Origin: Campylobacterota bacterium
GTDB lineage: Bacteria > Campylobacterota > Campylobacteria > Campylobacterales > Arcobacteraceae
Length of the DNA stretch: 41,888 nucleotides
Assembly (NCBI GenBank): GCA_034723215.1
Contig: JAYEOQ010000124.1
Location: forward strand, 1 to 41,888
Direction of reading: 5' to 3'
Under the pieces are notes generated by a model. The model had not been told where the DNA came from, did no database searches, and saw nothing but the letters and a program-made list of their open reading frames with translations. This document shows positions 8,276-18,570 of the stretch, piece after piece. Both the position numbers and the translations under genes were made by a program. Within the stretch, counting starts at the first letter, position 1; every line of letters begins with the position of its first letter.

Positions 8276-10429
8276 TTACTTATACGCATCAGACGCTAAA
8301 TAAAATTCTATAACTTTTGCTTTTTGTTCACAAAATAATCTAACTTTCTCTTTTGAATCATTTTTTATCTCAAAACCGATAGTACAATATTGGTTTGTCG
8401 CATATTTATCTTTTCCATAATCTACAAGTAAAATTGTTGCCTTATGGTCAACAGATAGATATGTTAATAATCTAGCAAGTTCACCTCTTATATTTGGTAA
8501 ACTTACAACCATCTTGTAGGTATAAAATTTATCCTTTACCCAATCACAAAATAGCATCTGTTTATTTTTTTTCATTTTTTTATATGCTGTTTCACACATT
8601 TTATGATGTATTGTTATATCTTTACCATCTTTTAGTGCAATAATATCATCCCCAAACTTAGGATGACAACAATGGTCAAATGATACTGAATTTATACTAA
8701 AATTTGAATATACCAAAACATTATCAAACTTAATCTCTTTAAGAGTTAAATTTTGTATTTTAAACCTGGCAATCAATCCATCATTTTGTCGTATATATTT
8801 CTGTATATTTTTTTTAATATGTTTTAGATGATCTAAATTATAAACTATCTTTTTAAGATTTGTTAGTTTCATATCTTTAAAATCACCTATAACTGAATCT
8901 TTATATCTTGAAAATATTGTATCTATTATATTTTTACTTGATAATTCATCAATATGATTTAATCTACTTTGACATAATATTTTTATAGATTTTTTTGCTT
9001 TTGTAGTTTTTACCATATCTAACCATGAACATCTTGGAATAATATGTTTTTTTGTTATAATTGAGACTATATCACCACTTTTTAGTTGAGTTAATAGTGG
9101 CTTTTTCACTTTATTTATTAATGCTTCAATTGAATAGTTTCCAACATCAGTATGTATAGCATAAGCAAAATCAAAAGCAATAGCACCTCTAGGAAGTGTA
9201 AAAATATCCCCTTTTGGTGAATAAACTATAATATCTTCACTATATAAATCCTGCTTGGCATCATCATAAAACTCTTCAACACTTGCATCATTTGCAGCTA
9301 AAGCTTCAAGCCAATCAAGATTTGGTGTTTTAGAAACACTCTCACCATTTTTATATTTCCAATGAGCAGCAACCCCGTATTCAGCAATATGGTGCATATC
9401 AAATGTTCTGATTTGCACTTCAAAAATTTTAGAATTTGAAAATACAGTTGTATGTATTGTTTGATAACCATTCTCTTTTGGTACAGAGACATAATCTTTA
9501 AACCTAGAAACAAGTGGCTTAAAGTTTGTATGTATAAGTCCCAACACTCTATAACAATCAATAGGATTATTAACCAAAATCCTAACAGCATAAAGATCAA
9601 GAACCTCATCTATACATACCCCTTTTCTTTGCATTTTAAGGTATATTGAGTAGTGATGTTTAATTCTACTAAATATTTTTACATCATTTTGGGTGTATCC
9701 ATCTTGTTCTAAAATATCTTGTATATTTGATAAAAAGTGGTTAATAGTTAGTTGAATCTTTTGTTGATACTTCGCAAGATGCTCATTAATTTTTTTATGC
9801 TCATCATTATAAAGGTATGAAAATGATAAATCTTCCAAAATATTTTTAATTGTAGATATACCTAGACGATGTGCAATTGGTACATAAACAACTAAAGTTT
9901 CTTCAGATATTCTTTTTTGTTTTTCTGACTTTAGTGCATCTAAAGTTAACATATTATGAACTCTATCACATAATTTTACTACCATTACACGGACATCATC
10001 AATTGATGCAATTAACATCTTTCTAAAGCTCAAAGCTGAAGATAAAAGTTTTTTATCATCTATGGTTGATGGAAATTCATGTTCTCGTATCTCAACAATT
10101 TTAGTCATTCCATCAACTATATGGGCTACATCCTTCCCAAATATTTTCTCTATCTCCTCTATAGTTATATCTGTATCCTCTACTACATCGTGAAGTAGTG
10201 CAGATATAACCATCGATTCATCATTACTAAAATAAGCTGTGATTGCAGATACAAGAATTGGATGAACTACATATGGTTCACCACTTTTTCTAAATTGTTC
10301 TTTATGTGAAGTTATTGAAAAGTCTAAAGCTTTTTCAACTTTTTTATTGAATTTGAAATGTAATTTTAAAAAATCAATAGCACCATCTATGGTGTTGATT
10401 GATTTTATCTCTTCTAAAATATTATTCAA
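8276..10429 (-). CDS. spoT: Bifunctional (p)ppGpp synthetase/hydrolase
   Basis: RKSGEPY..HP, LHDVVEDT, KENGYQTIHT, EVQIRT, AAHWKYK, TGS domain, CCHP. Confidence 0.96.
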   Translation of the reverse strand: MNNILEEIKSINTIDGAIDFLKLHFKFNKKVEKALDFSITSHKEQFRKSGEPYVVHPILVSAITAYFSNDESMVISALLHDVVEDTDITIEEIEKIFGKDVAHIVDGMTKIVEIREHEFPSTIDDKKLLSSALSFRKMLIASIDDVRVMVVKLCDRVHNMLTLDALKSEKQKRISEETLVVYVPIAHRLGISTIKNILEDLSFSYLYNDEHKKINEHLAKYQQKIQLTINHFLSNIQDILEQDGYTQNDVKIFSRIKHHYSIYLKMQRKGVCIDEVLDLYAVRILVNNPIDCYRVLGLIHTNFKPLVSRFKDYVSVPKENGYQTIHTTVFSNSKIFEVQIRTFDMHHIAEYGVAAHWKYKNGESVSKTPNLDWLEALAANDASVEEFYDDAKQDLYSEDIIVYSPKGDIFTLPRGAIAFDFAYAIHTDVGNYSIEALINKVKKPLLTQLKSGDIVSIITKKHIIPRCSWLDMVKTTKAKKSIKILCQSRLNHIDELSSKNIIDTIFSRYKDSVIGDFKDMKLTNLKKIVYNLDHLKHIKKNIQKYIRQNDGLIARFKIQNLTLKEIKFDNVLVYSNFSINSVSFDHCCHPKFGDDIIALKDGKDITIHHKMCETAYKKMKKNKQMLFCDWVKDKFYTYKMVVSLPNIRGELARLLTYLSVDHKATILLVDYGKDKYATNQYCTIGFEIKNDSKEKVRLFCEQKAKVIEFYLASDAYK

Positions 10430-10448
10430 TTTATAATTTTAAATATAT

Positions 10449-10658
10449 CTATTCTACACTGTCTATAATAAGTAAACCAGAAGCAATCTCTTTTATTGCT
10501 ATATCTGTATATTTCATATTTTTTGTTTCATTATTTTCCAATAATGGCTTTGCACCTTTACTTAATTCATCTGCTCTTTGTCCAACTGCTACTGATAATA
10601 CATATCTATCGTTTTCAACTCTTTTTAATGCTTGTGATAATATCTCTTCTAATCTCAT
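10449..10658 (-). CDS. rpoZ: RNA polymerase omega subunit
   Basis: DRY.L...V..RA.EL.KGA.PL...A..EIA.G; directly upstream of spoT. Confidence 0.93.
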   Translation of the reverse strand: MRLEEILSQALKRVENDRYVLSVAVGQRADELSKGAKPLLENNETKNMKYTDIAIKEIASGLLIIDSVE

Positions 10659-10674
10659 ATTTTATTTCCTTTTT

Positions 10675-11391
<717 letters not shown>

Positions 11392-11487
11392 TTACTATTT
11401 TCGTGATTGTATCTAAAATAATATTAGTATTTGGTTAATTTAATATTTATATATTTAATGATACACTGATAAAACAAGGAAAGCTTT

Positions 11488-11820
11488 ATGAAAATAATAT
11501 ATATAATACTATTTCAGTTTTTATTATCTGTTGCCTGCTTTGGAGAAAATAAAGGTGCAAATGTAGATTGTTTATTATTAGAAGATGAAAATTCAATAAT
11601 ATGTAAATATACAAGCACAAGAGTAAATAATGATAGAGATATCATTTTTCATTGGGTAGACCCAAATGGTTTAGTTAGTAGAAAAAGAGAACTTATTTTT
11701 CCTGCAAATCATGGTTCTGTTTATGATTATAGGTATATAAGTGGAAGACTATCTGGTACTTGGACATTTAAAGTTATAGATGGGGATAATGAATATAAAA
11801 CAAACTTTATTATTAAGTAA
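11488..11820 (+). CDS. Exported hypothetical protein, probable small beta-sandwich
   Basis: Signal peptide, AAGGA RBS, two Cys in the mature part, W.DP.G and GTW.F.V motifs. Confidence 0.7.
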   Translation: MKIIYIILFQFLLSVACFGENKGANVDCLLLEDENSIICKYTSTRVNNDRDIIFHWVDPNGLVSRKRELIFPANHGSVYDYRYISGRLSGTWTFKVIDGDNEYKTNFIIK

Positions 11821-11823
11821 AAT

Positions 11824-13038
11824 ATGACGGAAAATATCGCAATTATAGGTGCTGGTGCATCAGGACTTATCTCGGCTATCTTATTGGCATCTAATGGTTT
11901 TAAGGTATCTGTATATGAAAAAAACAATAAAGTAGGGAAAAAACTATTAGCAACTGGTAATGGCAGATGCAATATTACGAATAAAAAAATATCTCTTTCT
12001 AATTTTCATAGTTCAAATAAAAACTTTACAACATTTGCATTAGATAACTTCACTTATGATGATTGTAAATCATTCTTTAATAATCTTGGTTTAGAGTTTA
12101 GTTATGGTCAAAAGAATAGAGTATATCCTATGTCTTTACAAGCATCAAGTGTTGTTGAGATACTTGAACATGAAGCTATAAAAATTGGAGTAAATTTTTA
12201 TCTAAATAGTACAGTAGAAACTATAGAATTTAAAAATAATAGATATATTTTAAATAAAGATAAAAATTATTCAAAAATAATTGTTGCAACTGGAAGTATT
12301 GCTATGCCAAAACTTGGTTCAACAAATAGTGGATATATATTTGCTAAAAAGTTTGGACATACTATTGTTAAACCATTTGCTTCATTAGTTCAGCTAGTAA
12401 GTAGTAATAAAAACTTAGATATGATTACTGGTGTAAAAATTGATGGGATGGTAAATGGAAAACAAGGTGATATTTTGTTTACAAAGTATGGTATATCTGG
12501 TTCTGCTATTTTGGATATTAGTCGTTCTATCTCACATAAACTTCAACATCAAAAAAATATCAAAGTAATTATCGATACTATGCCTACAATTTCAACTCAA
12601 AAACTAACTTCAATGCTAACTTCATCTATTGATATAAAAAATGAAAAAGATATTTTTATGTGGCTAAATGGATTTATGAATAAAAAACTAGCGAGATATA
12701 TTATTTTAAACTCTAAAATAGGTTCAAATATCAAATATGTAAAATTTTTATCAAAAAATGATATATCAAAGATAGTTAATAGTATAAAAAACCTTGAATT
12801 TATTATAATAGATACGAAAGGATTTGAGAGTTGTGAAGTTTGTGCTGGTGGAGTAGATACAAAACAGATAAATCCTAAAACAATGGAATCAAAACTTCAA
12901 AAAGATCTATATTTTACTGGTGAAGTTTTAGATGTTGATGCAGATTGTGGTGGATTTAACCTGCACTGGGCTTGGGCTAGTGGGTATGTTTGTGCAAATG
13001 GGATAATGATTAAAGAGAAAAATTTAGATACAATATAA
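11824..13038 (+). CDS. HI0933/YhiN-family FAD-dependent oxidoreductase
   Basis: IIGAGASG, GKKLLATGNGRCNITN, LFTKYGISG, GEVLDVD..CGGFNL.WAW.SG. Confidence 0.92.
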   Translation: MTENIAIIGAGASGLISAILLASNGFKVSVYEKNNKVGKKLLATGNGRCNITNKKISLSNFHSSNKNFTTFALDNFTYDDCKSFFNNLGLEFSYGQKNRVYPMSLQASSVVEILEHEAIKIGVNFYLNSTVETIEFKNNRYILNKDKNYSKIIVATGSIAMPKLGSTNSGYIFAKKFGHTIVKPFASLVQLVSSNKNLDMITGVKIDGMVNGKQGDILFTKYGISGSAILDISRSISHKLQHQKNIKVIIDTMPTISTQKLTSMLTSSIDIKNEKDIFMWLNGFMNKKLARYIILNSKIGSNIKYVKFLSKNDISKIVNSIKNLEFIIIDTKGFESCEVCAGGVDTKQINPKTMESKLQKDLYFTGEVLDVDADCGGFNLHWAWASGYVCANGIMIKEKNLDTI

Positions 13039-13055
13039 TTAATGGGGTGAATAAT

Positions 13056-13718
13056 ATGAATATTGATAAACTTATAAAAGGTAATAAAAAATTTAAAGAT
13101 GCAAACTTTCCAACACTAGAGGGGAGATTTGAAGATTTAGTTGAAAACGGTCAAAAGCCTACTATACTTTTTATAGGGTGTAGTGATAGCAGAGTTGTAC
13201 CTGATTTGATTGTTGATAGTAAACCAGGAGATATGTTTATATTAAGAAATATTGGAAACTTCGTACCCCCTTATAGAAGTGACAATGATTTTCATGGAAG
13301 TAGTGCTGCTATTGAATATGCAGTTAGTGTACTGAATGTAAAAGATATTATTGTATGTGGACATTCTCATTGTGGAGCTTGTGCTGCATTGTATCAAGAT
13401 TTAAGTGATGAACCACATCTACAACATGTAAAAAAGTGGCTAGAGTTAGGACACAAAGCAAAAGAGTATACACTTTTAGCAAATCCACACGCGAAGCTTG
13501 ATTTATTAAATAAAGGTGATAAAGAGCAAATACTAAGAACAACAGAAAGAATATCAATAAAACATCAACTTGAAAACCTTTTAACATATCCAGAAATTTT
13601 TAGAAAAGTAAACTCAGGTGAGTTAGATATTCATGGTTGGTATTATAAGATTGAGGATGGTTCAATAGAATACTATGATGGTGAAAGTTGTGACTTTAAA
13701 CTTTTAGGTGACAATTAA
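13056..13718 (+). CDS. Beta-class carbonic anhydrase
   Basis: GCSDSRV, RNIGN, IEYAV, GHSHCGA zinc ligands; ATG 13056 after a GGGGTG SD-like sequence is preferred over GTG 13047. Confidence 0.94.
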   Translation: MNIDKLIKGNKKFKDANFPTLEGRFEDLVENGQKPTILFIGCSDSRVVPDLIVDSKPGDMFILRNIGNFVPPYRSDNDFHGSSAAIEYAVSVLNVKDIIVCGHSHCGACAALYQDLSDEPHLQHVKKWLELGHKAKEYTLLANPHAKLDLLNKGDKEQILRTTERISIKHQLENLLTYPEIFRKVNSGELDIHGWYYKIEDGSIEYYDGESCDFKLLGDN

Positions 13719-13723
13719 ATTAT

Positions 13724-14980
13724 ATGTTTAAAGGATTATCAACAGAGCAAGCACCACCTATAACTGTACCATTTAGATTTTTTTTAACTGCTCCAATTTT
13801 CGCAATGATTATAGGAGTTTTATTTTTTATATATCCAATGGATATAATCTTTAATAGATATTCAAATGTAGCAATTGCTATAACTCACCTATTTACCTTA
13901 GGTGTTATCTCCATGATGATGTTTGGAGCATTACAACAGATGTTGCCAGTTTTAGCTGGTGTTGTTATAAAAAAGCCTATACTATTTGCAAATATTGTAC
14001 ATATAACATTGACTTTGGGAACACTATCTTTAAGTAGTGGTTTTCTATTTTCTATAAATATCTTACTAATATTAGGTGCTATATTTTTATCTATATCTTT
14101 TGGTACATTTCTCTTTATTGTTACAAGGCTATTATTTAAAGTAAAATACTTAACAACAACTGTAAACGCCATGAAAATATTTAGTATGGTAAGTATCATA
14201 ACAGTATTGTTAGGATTACACTTAGTAACATCATATATCACATCAAATATATCTAATTCACACTATGATTTTGTAAATATCCATATAGCATTTGGGATAT
14301 TTGGATTCGCTTTTATACTTGTGATGGGTGTAGCTTTTCAAGTTATACCGATGTTTTATGTTGCAAGAGATTTTCCTAAAAACATACAAAATAAATTTCC
14401 AAGAGTAGTTTTTGGTATGCTTGGATTATTTGCTTTATTTACAATACTTAAACTTGAAACTAATAGTATAAAAAATATATTAAGTTTATTGGCAATAATA
14501 TTTTCATACTATGCAATAGTTAGTTTAAATAATAGAAAAAGACCAGTATTTGATATTACATTATGGTACTGGAAACTATCAATGGGAAGTTTAATAGTAT
14601 CAATGACAATGTTTATTTTAGATATGGATATATATCTTATATCAGCTGTTTTTGCATTTGGATTTATATACTCAATCTTACAAGGTATGGTATATAAAAT
14701 CATCCCTTTTTTATCATGGTTTCATCTTAGTAGTCGCGGACATTTTGATATACCAACTTTAAGAGAGTTTATATTTGAGTTTGATATTAAAATCCAATTT
14801 TATATCTATGTTAGTTCTATATTTTGTTTTATTTTAGCAACTCAATTTAACCAAATATTTTTATATATAGGTGGAGGATTATTTATAGTATCAAATCTAC
14901 TACTTATACTTAATATGATAAAAGCTATAAAAACTTACAATAGATTATCAAAACTAGACCCAATGGCGGCATATAAATAG
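13724..14980 (+). CDS. Polytopic membrane protein of unknown function (NnrS/heme-copper-oxidase-subunit-I-like)
   Basis: About 12 TM helices; QAPP..VP.RFF, THLFTLG, GALQQMLPV, NIH..FG..GF, GVAFQVIPMF, GMVYKIIPFLSWFH with intramembrane His. Confidence 0.6.
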   Translation: MFKGLSTEQAPPITVPFRFFLTAPIFAMIIGVLFFIYPMDIIFNRYSNVAIAITHLFTLGVISMMMFGALQQMLPVLAGVVIKKPILFANIVHITLTLGTLSLSSGFLFSINILLILGAIFLSISFGTFLFIVTRLLFKVKYLTTTVNAMKIFSMVSIITVLLGLHLVTSYITSNISNSHYDFVNIHIAFGIFGFAFILVMGVAFQVIPMFYVARDFPKNIQNKFPRVVFGMLGLFALFTILKLETNSIKNILSLLAIIFSYYAIVSLNNRKRPVFDITLWYWKLSMGSLIVSMTMFILDMDIYLISAVFAFGFIYSILQGMVYKIIPFLSWFHLSSRGHFDIPTLREFIFEFDIKIQFYIYVSSIFCFILATQFNQIFLYIGGGLFIVSNLLLILNMIKAIKTYNRLSKLDPMAAYK

Positions 14981-16411
14981 ATGAAAAATTATAAAACAAA
15001 ACTCACCACTCATAGAGAGTATTATCCATCAAAAGATTTAGATTGGTCAATAGAGAGTGATAGAGGTCGTATCATCTCAGCTCCTGCTTTTAGAAGACTT
15101 CAAAAAAGAACACAAGTTTTTGCACTAGAGTTAAATGCAGCCGTAAGAAGTAGATTGACACACTCTTTAGAGGTTTCTCAAACTGCTAGATTTATTGCTA
15201 AAACTATCCTTAAAAAATTTAATAATCCAGAGTTAAAAGAGTTAGAAAACGCTTTTGTTTCAACATCAGAGATGGCTAGTTTACTTCACGATATAGGGAA
15301 TCCACCTTTTGGTCACTTTGGTGAAACAGCTATAAATGAATGGATAAGTAATAATGGTATAAAACATCTTCATAATTTAGTACCAAATAGTTCAGAACTA
15401 AAAGATACTCTTGTCAAAGATTTATCAAACTATGATGGAAATGGGCAAGCTATTAGAATTGTACATAAACTACAAAGACTAAATCTATCATATACACAAA
15501 CAGCTTCAATCTTAAAATACACAAGAGGTGCTTTTGAGGATAAAGTCAAAGATGACAAGCTATCATATTTAAAGAAAAAGCCAGGATATTATTATAGTGA
15601 AAAAAAGTTTGTTGATACTGTTTATAAAATATTAGATATAAAAGAGGGACATAGGTTTCCTCTAACATATATAATGGAAGCAGCAGATGATATATCCTAT
15701 CTTAGTGCAGATATAGAAGATGCTGTAGATAAAGGTATCCTTACACTTGATAAAATATATGAGTTAGTAAAAGAGCAATCTGATATAGTAAATAAAAAAT
15801 ACAATACAAATAAAACTATGCTTTTAGATTTAGTAGAAAAGAACTATAAAAAAGCTAAAGAGAAAGAGGATGAACCATATCAATTTAATATGTTTTTAAC
15901 TCTTACTAGAGCCTCTTTAATATATCAGCTAGTAAACTATGTATCTGATCTGTATATTAAACATCACGATGAGATATTTGATGGTTCATTTAACAGTGCG
16001 TTGCTAGAGTATGATAAATCACATGAGTGTTCTCAAGCTATTGAGATACTTCAAAATATATCTGTAAAACATATATATTCAAATAAACAAGTTCAAGTTT
16101 TGGAGTTAAAAGGATATGCTATTATCCAAGGGTTATTTAATATCTATGAACCATTATTAAAACTCACCACAGCTGAGTTTACAAACTTAGCTGATGGTAA
16201 AAGAGTGGATTGCTTGATATGTCAAAATCTATTGACAAGATTATCAAAAAAACATTTTGTAGCTTACAAAAAAAGTATAGCAGAACTTGATAAAGATGAA
16301 AACTATCCTCTACTTGAGTGGTACTATAGAACAAGATTACTTATTGATTATATAAGTGGTATGACCGATGATTATGCTTTAGAAGAGTATAAAAATTTAA
16401 GTGCTATTTAG
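14981..16411 (+). CDS. dgt: Deoxyguanosinetriphosphate triphosphohydrolase (dGTPase)
   Basis: FRRLQKRTQVF, RSRLTHSLEV, LLHDIGNPPFGHFGE, EAADDISY, DYISGMTD. Confidence 0.95.
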   Translation: MKNYKTKLTTHREYYPSKDLDWSIESDRGRIISAPAFRRLQKRTQVFALELNAAVRSRLTHSLEVSQTARFIAKTILKKFNNPELKELENAFVSTSEMASLLHDIGNPPFGHFGETAINEWISNNGIKHLHNLVPNSSELKDTLVKDLSNYDGNGQAIRIVHKLQRLNLSYTQTASILKYTRGAFEDKVKDDKLSYLKKKPGYYYSEKKFVDTVYKILDIKEGHRFPLTYIMEAADDISYLSADIEDAVDKGILTLDKIYELVKEQSDIVNKKYNTNKTMLLDLVEKNYKKAKEKEDEPYQFNMFLTLTRASLIYQLVNYVSDLYIKHHDEIFDGSFNSALLEYDKSHECSQAIEILQNISVKHIYSNKQVQVLELKGYAIIQGLFNIYEPLLKLTTAEFTNLADGKRVDCLICQNLLTRLSKKHFVAYKKSIAELDKDENYPLLEWYYRTRLLIDYISGMTDDYALEEYKNLSAI

Positions 16412-16441
16412 ATAAGTTTATTTTAGGTAACTTTTTAACTT

Positions 16442-17608
16442 TTATATTATTTTATATATTGGTTTAAATTTTATAAGTTTCATTGGCTGTTTCATATTTT
16501 TTTCACTTAATAAAAGATCTGTTTTTATACTCTTGACTAATCTTTCATATTTTTTATTATTTTTAGACTTGATTTGATTTCGTTTTGAAACTATAATTTT
16601 CTGCGGATCAACTGCTCTACCATTTTTATAAAGTCCAAAGTGTAGATGTGGTCCTGTACTTAACCCGGTACTTCCAACTCTAGCTATATAGTCTCCCTGC
16701 TTTACTTTTGAGCCAACTTTTAGTTTATTGTTATATCCATTTAAATGTCCATATAATGATTTGTATCCATTTTTATGTCTTATCATTATTGTCTTTCCGT
16801 ATCCACCTTTTCTACCTTTGTATATAATCTTACCATCTGCTGTAGAATGGACTTTTCTACCAGTTGGTGCTGCATAATCCACCCCTAAGTGAGCTCTATA
16901 TTTTTCTAAAACCGGATGCCATCTTTTATATGTAAATACACTTGATACCCTTTTATATCGAAGTGGTACAATTAAAGATCTTTTTGTTATCTCTTTTATA
17001 CTCTCATTATAATATCTATTATCTTCATTATTGTAAAAGATATAATTATATTTATTTTTTATTTTTACAAAAGCACCTAAGATTTTTGGTGTTCCAAAGT
17101 ATCTTCCTTGTCTAATCTTATGATTAAATTTTATTGATATTATATCACCTTTGTGAAGTTTTCTAAAATCTATAAACTTTTTAAATGCAATTATAAATTC
17201 ATTTGCTAAGGCTTTATTTCCTGTAGATTTAACTATATCAAGATACGGTGAATGATCTATTACAATAGATATTATTTGAGATATTTTCTGGTACTCTATA
17301 GGTATAATATCTAATGAAAAATTATTTTTAATATCTTTTACTATATGTATCTGCATCTCTTGACTAATAGGTATCAACGCTTGTGTTAGTTTTTCATTAT
17401 TATCGTACAACACTTGATATTCAACACCTGTAGATATCTCTGAGCAAAGCTCTTTATCTGTTTTAGATAGATCAAAATAAATCTTCTGAGGAATACTATG
17501 TTTACCAAAAAATGTTAAAAGAGTTTCACCCCTCCACCAAATATCAGACTGTACTAACGATGCTACTGAGAAACTAAATGATAATACTAATAATAAAATA
17601 AACTTCAA
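16442..17608 (-). CDS. M23 peptidoglycan DD-metalloendopeptidase (Csd3/HdpA-like)
   Basis: HLGVDYAAP, GYGK, YGHL, STGPHLHF; Csd3-type N-terminus (W..GETLLTF). Confidence 0.9.
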   Translation of the reverse strand: MKFILLLVLSFSFSVASLVQSDIWWRGETLLTFFGKHSIPQKIYFDLSKTDKELCSEISTGVEYQVLYDNNEKLTQALIPISQEMQIHIVKDIKNNFSLDIIPIEYQKISQIISIVIDHSPYLDIVKSTGNKALANEFIIAFKKFIDFRKLHKGDIISIKFNHKIRQGRYFGTPKILGAFVKIKNKYNYIFYNNEDNRYYNESIKEITKRSLIVPLRYKRVSSVFTYKRWHPVLEKYRAHLGVDYAAPTGRKVHSTADGKIIYKGRKGGYGKTIMIRHKNGYKSLYGHLNGYNNKLKVGSKVKQGDYIARVGSTGLSTGPHLHFGLYKNGRAVDPQKIIVSKRNQIKSKNNKKYERLVKSIKTDLLLSEKNMKQPMKLIKFKPIYKII

Positions 17609-17768
17609 TACTATACTCCTTATTTTTGAAGTATATATTATTTTATCAAATTATATACTTAATAAATGATATTAATTATTAAATAATAATAATTATCCTT
17701 TAAGCTTTATTCTGACATAATCTACTTATCGGAAATGAGATTATTCAATACAAACAATAGGAGCAATT

Positions 17769-18473
17769 ATGGGTTGTGATACAGGTGTAAAAGAGATTAA
17801 AAATGATGTGCAACTAGAAGATACAATTGCAGAAAACAAAATAACAAAAGGAAACAATATGAGTTCAACACTAGTAAATAGAAAAATGCCAGAGTTTAAA
17901 ATGGAAGCATACGATGCAAAAACAGGTCACTATACAGAAGTAAGTGATGCAGATTATAAAGATAAATGGACCGTGGTGTGTTTTTACCCTGCTGATTTTA
18001 CATTTGTTTGCCCAACAGAGATTGCAGCTATGAATGCAAAAAAAGATGAGTTTGATGAGTTAGGTGTACATATCTTAGCTGTATCAACAGATACAAAATT
18101 TTCTCATAAAAGATTTGTAGAAACTGAGCCATTATTAAAAGGTTTACAACTAATGATGGGAGCAGATGCAAAAGGTGATACTACAAGAGCATTTGGTGTT
18201 ATGATTGAGGAAGCTGGTCTTGCTTTAAGAGGAAGATTTTTATTTAATCCAGAAGGAATTTGTGTAGCTCAAGAGGTTCAAGCCCCAATGGTAGGGAGAA
18301 ATGTAAATGAATTTCTAAGACAAGTAAGAGCTTGGCAACATGCAACTGCTACTGGTGAAGTTTGTCCAGCAGGTTGGGTACCGGGTGGAAAAACACTTCC
18401 TGTAAATACTGATGCTGAACCAATGACTGGTAGAGTTGGTGATTATATTACTATTGAAGAGATTACAAAATAA
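17769..18473 (+). CDS. 2-Cys peroxiredoxin (AhpC/PrxU-like) with N-terminal extension; alternative start at 17859
   Basis: FYPADFTFVCPTE and GEVCPAGW motifs. Confidence 0.93.
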   Translation: MGCDTGVKEIKNDVQLEDTIAENKITKGNNMSSTLVNRKMPEFKMEAYDAKTGHYTEVSDADYKDKWTVVCFYPADFTFVCPTEIAAMNAKKDEFDELGVHILAVSTDTKFSHKRFVETEPLLKGLQLMMGADAKGDTTRAFGVMIEEAGLALRGRFLFNPEGICVAQEVQAPMVGRNVNEFLRQVRAWQHATATGEVCPAGWVPGGKTLPVNTDAEPMTGRVGDYITIEEITK

Positions 18474-18496
18474 TTTATACTCTCTTAATTTACAAT

Positions 18497-18520
18497 AAAA
18501 GGGGTTTCACTAACCCTTTT
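18497..18520. terminator. Intrinsic terminator after the peroxiredoxin gene
   Basis: AAAAGGGGTT-TCACT-AACCCTTTT hairpin between convergent genes. Confidence 0.65.
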
Positions 18521-18534
18521 GTGAATTTTTCATG

Positions 18535-18570
18535 ATAAAAGAGAGAAAAAACTTTCCTCTCTCTTTTATA
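18535..18570. terminator. Second hairpin, likely terminator of the cytochrome c peroxidase gene
   Basis: ATAAAAGAGAGA...TCTCTCTTTTAT inverted repeat adjacent to the stop at 18571. Confidence 0.6.

Noticed and set aside
17990-18020. Selenocysteine peroxiredoxin
   Set aside because: The peroxidatic codon is TGC and there is no in-frame TGA.
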